In this document: positions 59,258 through 64,000 of the stretch, piece after piece | Layout: each line of letters starts with the position of its first letter | Numbering within the stretch: the first letter of the stretch is position 1 | From: Candidatus Binatia bacterium | GTDB taxonomy: Bacteria; Desulfobacterota; Binatia; Bin18 | Length of the DNA stretch: 64,000 nucleotides | Direction: 5' to 3' | Assembly: GCA_963664395.2 (NCBI GenBank) | Contig: OY761159.2 | Span: forward strand, 384,001-448,000 | Position numbers and translations under genes: made by a program | Notes under the pieces: model-generated | What the model saw: the letters and a program-made list of their open reading frames with translations, nothing else | Told to the model about the DNA's origin: nothing | Databases searched by the model: none

Positions 59258-61015
59258 ATGAAGAAAAGAATAATGACGGCTGTTGTATTGTGTGTGACCC
59301 TGTGGAGCGGAGTGGCATTTGCTCAGACCGGGAACGGTAGGGCGATGCTGGAAAACCCCGCGCCCGATTCGCACCAGAGCGGCATCTCGGTGATCTCGGG
59401 ATGGGCCTGTGATGCACAGGAGATTGTGATCGAGATTGACGATATGTCCTTCACCGCAGCCTACGGCACTATGCGCGAGGACACCCAGGAGATGTGTGGC
59501 GATACCGATAACGGCTTCAGCTTTCTGTGGAACTGGAGCAACAATGGAGATGGAGAGCATACAGTCCGGGCCTTGTCGGATGGGGTGGAGTTTGGGACGG
59601 CCATTGTCACCGTGACCACCTTCGGCACGGAGTTTCTACGCGATACTCAGGGCTCATATATTCTCGACAATTTTCCGACCACCGGTGAGGAGACTCAGAT
59701 CAAATGGGTCGAATCCCTTCAGAACTTTGTGATCCGGGATAACCCGGCGGCTTTCACCAAGGACTTTGTGCAAGCCGCTCTGGACCGCTACGACCGGGAC
59801 GGACGCGAAGCAACGCTGGCCTACTACAACAGCCAAGCGAGCATTGAGGGAGAGTGGTATGTGTTCATCATCGACGAGAACGACCTCATCGTCTCACATC
59901 CGGTCATGCCCGATTTGATAGGTCAGGATGTCAAAACCATTGTCGGCGCCGACGGGTATGAGTTAGGCAAGGAGATTGCCACGGCAACCGAAGACGGTCA
60001 CTGGATTCACTACCTGTGGCCCAACCATGCGGCAGGCGGAGTAGAAGAGCCTAAACATAGTTGGGTCATCCGTCACGACGGGCTCATTTTTGGGTCGGGC
60101 TACTATGACCCGAGCAATCCCCATCGCGAACTTCTCCATAACCTTGTCCCGTCATCCCCATGCCACTTTCCTGGCCCGGACGGAGCGTGGCTGTTCAAGC
60201 GGTACTCTCGGGTTCCTGATATCGCCGCCGTTCTGGAGAATCCGACTCCGTATTCGTTCCGTAGTGGGATCTCCGCAATCTCCGGCTGGGCGTGTGACGC
60301 GGAGGAAATTGTCATTGAAATCAACGGGGAGCCGTTGACAGCCGCCTACGGCACCGTTCGGGGGGATACCGCAGAGGTCTGCGGCGATACCGACAACGGC
60401 TTCAGCCTGCTGTGGAACTGGAACAACCTCGGGGACGGGACCCATACCGCACGGGCTCTTATTGACGGCGTTCCCTTTGCACAGTCCTGTGTCACCGTCA
60501 CCACCTTCGGGGATGAAATGCTTGGAGATGAGGAAAAAGCGACCTTTACCCGCGACTTCGTGCAAGCCGCGCTGGACCGCTACGACTCGGAGGGGCGTGA
60601 GGCGACGGTCGCCCACTACAACAGCCAGGCGAGCATTGAGGGAGAGTGGTATGTGTTCATCATCGACGAGAACGACCTCATCGTCTCGCATCCGGTCATG
60701 CCCGACCTGATAGGCCGAGATATCAAAACCTTTGTCGGCGCTGACGGCTATGAGTTAGGCAAGGAGATTGCCAAGGCGACCGAAGACGGTCACTGGATTC
60801 ACTACCTGTGGCCCAACCCTGCGGCGGACGGGATAGAAGAGCCCAAACATAGTTGGGCGGTCCGTCACGACGGGCTCATTTTCGGATCGGGGTATTACGG
60901 CCCGCCGAATCTTCAGGAATACGAGCTGTTGGACTTTCCTGCCGCTGGCTCCAAGTCCACATTGCAATGGTCCCAACCTTTGCAGAACTTCGTGATTACC
61001 GACGTGATGCAGTAA
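59258..61015 (+). CDS. Secreted protein with two beta-rich LENP...SGWAC domains and two Cache domains
   Basis: Signal peptide; repeated LENP..SGWACDA..CGDTDNGF domain; two near-identical WYVFIID...HP...G.D...GHWIHYLWPN...EPKHSW...FGSGYY (sCache_2-like) units. Confidence 0.8.
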   Translation: MKKRIMTAVVLCVTLWSGVAFAQTGNGRAMLENPAPDSHQSGISVISGWACDAQEIVIEIDDMSFTAAYGTMREDTQEMCGDTDNGFSFLWNWSNNGDGEHTVRALSDGVEFGTAIVTVTTFGTEFLRDTQGSYILDNFPTTGEETQIKWVESLQNFVIRDNPAAFTKDFVQAALDRYDRDGREATLAYYNSQASIEGEWYVFIIDENDLIVSHPVMPDLIGQDVKTIVGADGYELGKEIATATEDGHWIHYLWPNHAAGGVEEPKHSWVIRHDGLIFGSGYYDPSNPHRELLHNLVPSSPCHFPGPDGAWLFKRYSRVPDIAAVLENPTPYSFRSGISAISGWACDAEEIVIEINGEPLTAAYGTVRGDTAEVCGDTDNGFSLLWNWNNLGDGTHTARALIDGVPFAQSCVTVTTFGDEMLGDEEKATFTRDFVQAALDRYDSEGREATVAHYNSQASIEGEWYVFIIDENDLIVSHPVMPDLIGRDIKTFVGADGYELGKEIAKATEDGHWIHYLWPNPAADGIEEPKHSWAVRHDGLIFGSGYYGPPNLQEYELLDFPAAGSKSTLQWSQPLQNFVITDVMQ

Positions 61016-61045
61016 CGTGGCCCGCTGTCCTCCTCAACGCTTAAC

Positions 61046-62236
61046 TCAGATCAACGACGCGCCCCGTCCGGGGTCTATGCCCAGCAGCGTACGCCCGTAG
61101 GTCTGTAGCCTGCTATCGAGATCAAACACGACATGGCAGGATATGGTATTCACATCGCGCCAGGCACGTTGGAATGGACTGTCCAGGAAATGGGAACGCG
61201 CACCGCTCGCTTCGCATACGCTTTGAATAATACGTTTACACTGGTCCACAGCCACAGCCAGCTGAGTCGCCCAGCGGGCGCGGTCTTCCAGTGTTCCGGT
61301 ATTCCGCTTGGCACGCACGTCCTCAATCATATTGCGCAAGAGTAATTCAGCCTCCCCTACTTCTACTTCCGCACGAGCAAGCCGCATTTGAGAGGCCGGC
61401 CGCTCGGCCTGTTTGCCACCCGTTTCTATGAGTACGCGCTTGGTGAGATATTCGTGAAACAAGCGCACCACCGTCCTGGCCTGACCCAGCACCGGCATGG
61501 CTGCGGCCAGGGTCAATATGGGCATCATCGGTGTCCGGTACAGCGGCCCGTCATGAAGCTGGGAGCCAGGGGCGTGACCGGAGCCCATTTCTATAATCGA
61601 GACGCTCCGCGCCGCGGGGATAAACACGTCTTCAATCACAACATCGTTACTGCCCGTGCCGGACATGCCATCGACGTACCACGTGTCTTCGACTTTCACT
61701 TCAGCAACAGGCAGTGCGAACCAGCGTGGATTGGGCTGGCCGTCTGCGGTCAGTTCCAGGGCCGCGGGAATGACCCAGTCCGCGTGCATAATGCCGCTGG
61801 CCCACTGCCAGCGACCGTTGATCCGATAGCCGCCGTCTTCCGGCACGGCGTTGCCGCCCAGCGCCACCATGGCCGGGGCAAGAATATACGACCGGTTCGC
61901 AAATAATTCTTTTTGAAACGCTTCAGGAAACTGACTCAAAATCCAGTTGTGCTCGATATAGAAATTTGACACCCAGGCGGTCGAAGCATCCCCTTCCCCC
62001 AGCGCCACCCCGACCTCAAAAAAGGTGTCCATATCAAGCTCAAGCCCGCCGTAGCATTTAGGGACCATGAGCTTATAGATTTCAGCTTCTTCCAGGGCGG
62101 TAATGACGGCATCGACCGGCTTGCGTTGTTTTTCCGCCTGTACCGCGTTTTCTGCCAGCATCGGAATCAGCGCCCGTGCCCGCGCGGCGAGTTCCGGACC
62201 AGTCGTGGGAGCGCTCTGCGTCTGAACCGTGCCCAT
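61046..62236 (-). CDS. Acyl-CoA dehydrogenase-like flavin-dependent hydroxylase (HsaA/C2 type)
   Basis: VPKCYGG, DASTAWV, GRWQWASG, TW.VDGMSGTGSND, FQRAWRD. Confidence 0.88.
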   Translation of the reverse strand: MGTVQTQSAPTTGPELAARARALIPMLAENAVQAEKQRKPVDAVITALEEAEIYKLMVPKCYGGLELDMDTFFEVGVALGEGDASTAWVSNFYIEHNWILSQFPEAFQKELFANRSYILAPAMVALGGNAVPEDGGYRINGRWQWASGIMHADWVIPAALELTADGQPNPRWFALPVAEVKVEDTWYVDGMSGTGSNDVVIEDVFIPAARSVSIIEMGSGHAPGSQLHDGPLYRTPMMPILTLAAAMPVLGQARTVVRLFHEYLTKRVLIETGGKQAERPASQMRLARAEVEVGEAELLLRNMIEDVRAKRNTGTLEDRARWATQLAVAVDQCKRIIQSVCEASGARSHFLDSPFQRAWRDVNTISCHVVFDLDSRLQTYGRTLLGIDPGRGASLI

Positions 62237-62358
62237 AGCCTTCTCCTTTTTGCTGTCTCGAATCGAGGTGCATCCTAGCCGAAAAAGCGCTATGCAAATA
62301 GTCGTCCCTGAGAAGCTGGAAGAGCCGGAAGAGCTGGAAGAGCGACAGGAGGAGTACG

Positions 62359-63516
62359 ATGCCAGTGAGCAGATTAGCCGGAATGGCCGGGATTGGGGTT
62401 GACCGCATGGGCAATCTGGCGGACCAGTCTCAGGACGGAGCGATACTACGTTTGGAGAATCTCGATACCGATCTGCGGCCACCGCCCGGAGTGGAAGAAG
62501 CCACCCGGCAGGCGGTGGCGGACGACAACGCCAACAGCTATCTGCCGTTTCTGGGTGCCGACCCCCTGCGGCAGGCCGCAGCAGCCCTGGTCAGCCGCCT
62601 CTCCGGTGTAGAGCACGACTGGCGTAATTCCACCATTGTCAGCGCTGGCGGTCTGAACGGCATTCTCAACGTGCTGCTGGCTCTGCTTGAGCCCGGAGAT
62701 GAGGTCATCCTCACCGACCCGATCTATATCGGCTTGGTGAACCGGGTGCGGCTGGCCGGCGGTGTGCCGGTTTTTGCTCCGTATCAGATTGAAGACGGCG
62801 TCTGGCGTTTGGACCGTGACCGATTACGTCAGGCCATGACGGCCAAAACAAAAGTCCTGCTGATGATGAGCCCCGCCATGCCGACCGGCGCCGTCTGTAC
62901 GCGCCAGGATTGGGACAGCATTTGCACGACTTGCCGGGAAGCCGACGCCTGGCTGCTGTATGACAGCGCCATGGAACGCATTCTATTCGATGGTCTGGAA
63001 TATATGCATCCGGCCGCGTTCCCCGGCATGGCCCAGCGGACAATTACCGTTGGCGCGGTGTCCAAGGAATACCGGATGATCGGCTGGCGGATCGGTTGGA
63101 TCGTTGCCCCGCCGGCCATTATTGATGATATCGGCTTGGTGAGTATCTCCAACGTGGTCTGCCCGGTCGGCATTGCCCAAGCCGCGGCAACAGTGGCTCT
63201 GCAAGCGCCCGACGCCGATATTGCCGCGGCCAGCGCGGAATGGCAGAACCGGCGGGATACGATCCTGCAGGAACTCGATGGCTTCCCCATAGTCAAGCCC
63301 CAGGGCGGCTGGTCCATGCTGCTGGATGTCTCGGGCTTTGGCCTGACGGGTGCGCAGGCCTCTCAGCGTTTGTTGGACAAAGGGAAAATCGCGGCAACGG
63401 CCATGACGGGCTGGGGAAGCGAGCGGAGCGCGAACTTTGTGCGCTTTGTTTTCTCAAATGAGCCCGTCAGTCGTCTGCGCGGCATGCGGGAACGGGTAGA
63501 GGCGGCTTTATACTGA
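62359..63516 (+). CDS. PLP-dependent aminotransferase class I/II
   Basis: PGDEVIL.DP.Y, SP.MPTG, D.A, SKEYRMIGWRIG. Confidence 0.9.
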   Translation: MPVSRLAGMAGIGVDRMGNLADQSQDGAILRLENLDTDLRPPPGVEEATRQAVADDNANSYLPFLGADPLRQAAAALVSRLSGVEHDWRNSTIVSAGGLNGILNVLLALLEPGDEVILTDPIYIGLVNRVRLAGGVPVFAPYQIEDGVWRLDRDRLRQAMTAKTKVLLMMSPAMPTGAVCTRQDWDSICTTCREADAWLLYDSAMERILFDGLEYMHPAAFPGMAQRTITVGAVSKEYRMIGWRIGWIVAPPAIIDDIGLVSISNVVCPVGIAQAAATVALQAPDADIAAASAEWQNRRDTILQELDGFPIVKPQGGWSMLLDVSGFGLTGAQASQRLLDKGKIAATAMTGWGSERSANFVRFVFSNEPVSRLRGMRERVEAALY

Positions 63517-63518
63517 GG

Positions 63519-63690
63519 AGGGGCAATTCATGAATTGCCCCTACGGAAAATCCCCTCCTCGGAGGGGTGGACGTAGGTCGGGGTGGGTTCTTCCCTGTGC
63601 AGCCTGTCCGCAGGAACCCACCCCGCCGCTGACGCGGCACCCCTCCCAAGAGGGGAGTAAGTAGGTCGGATTAGCGGAGCGTAATCCGAC
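63519..63690. repeat. Cluster of GTAG-type REP palindromes
   Basis: GGGCAATTCATGAATTGCCCCTAC and GTAGGTCGGATTAGCGGAGCGTAATCCGAC between convergent genes. Confidence 0.7.
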
Positions 63691-63720
63691 AAGGAAGGCT
63701 ACATATAATGGTGAATTGCT

Positions 63721-64000
63721 CTAGCTCGGCGAGGCTTCGAGTATCCGTCCGATTAGGGGGCTCTGGTGCCAGCAGATCACCTTCCAGGCTCCATCCCGGT
63801 ACACCCAGGTCAGGGTGAAACCCATGAAGCGCTGACGGAAACCGGCGTCGCGCGGTTTGCCCCGAAACGTAGAAAAGCCGCTGACATGGCCGGTATCGCC
63901 AAACACCTTGAAGTGCATTTCGCGCGGCTTCCATTCAAACGACTCCCACATGCCCTTCCCGCCGGCGTGGAAGGCAATATGGTCCTTGAAGTCGTCCAGG
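63721..64000 (-). CDS. NTF2-like/DUF4440 protein; 5' end outside the window
   Basis: Frame open to the window edge; VFGDTG, FT..W......WKV..WH.S. Confidence 0.7.
   Translation of the reverse strand, partial: LDDFKDHIAFHAGGKGMWESFEWKPREMHFKVFGDTGHVSGFSTFRGKPRDAGFRQRFMGFTLTWVYRDGAWKVICWHQSPLIGRILEASPS

Noticed and set aside
59755-60898. Diversity-generating retroelement TR/VR pair
   Set aside because: Both copies are in frame in one gene, the differences are not adenine-specific, and no reverse transcriptase is present
62316-62342. Short imperfect 9-bp repeat (and short duplications at about 22116-22141 and 52565-52590)
   Set aside because: Only 2-3 copies; compatible with local slippage and no evident function

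Overview
GC-rich bacterial chromosomal window with about 55 genes. The gene content (many luciferase-like monooxygenases, EthD pairs, amidohydrolases, Cache-domain secreted proteins, GTAG-type REP repeats) suggests an uncultured heterotroph such as Candidatus Binatia/Desulfobacterota_B; this is inference only. Most genes are flavin-, Mo- or Fe-dependent catabolic enzymes. Main points: (1) an AT-richer island (24.9-29.5 kb) holds a type II-like restriction-modification pair whose methyltransferase carries an HTH domain, plus a divergent two-gene unit encoding a small DUF4258-like putative toxin and an XRE-HTH/dynamin-like GTPase fusion, a candidate undescribed defence system; (2) an exported SurA-N/DsbA protein has an in-frame UGA in a UPYC redox motif and a SECIS-like hairpin, i.e. 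a selenoprotein split by the ORF track, near a VKOR-DsbA fusion; (3) a quinohemoprotein amine dehydrogenase (qhp) locus has a variant QhpC and a deletion or misjoin that places the 3' halves of qhpD and qhpG back to back, with no qhpA; (4) a CoA-ester operon has a Cys-less HMGS-like/DUF35 fusion, a thiolase and two different diiron proteins; (5) a WWW leader-peptide attenuator with two tandem terminators precedes fused trpE(G); (6) hicA is frameshifted, and there is a 9-bp VNTR and a stand-alone double-Cache secreted protein. No rRNA, tRNA, CRISPR array, integrase or transposase was recognised. All calls come from reading motifs by eye; no searches were run.
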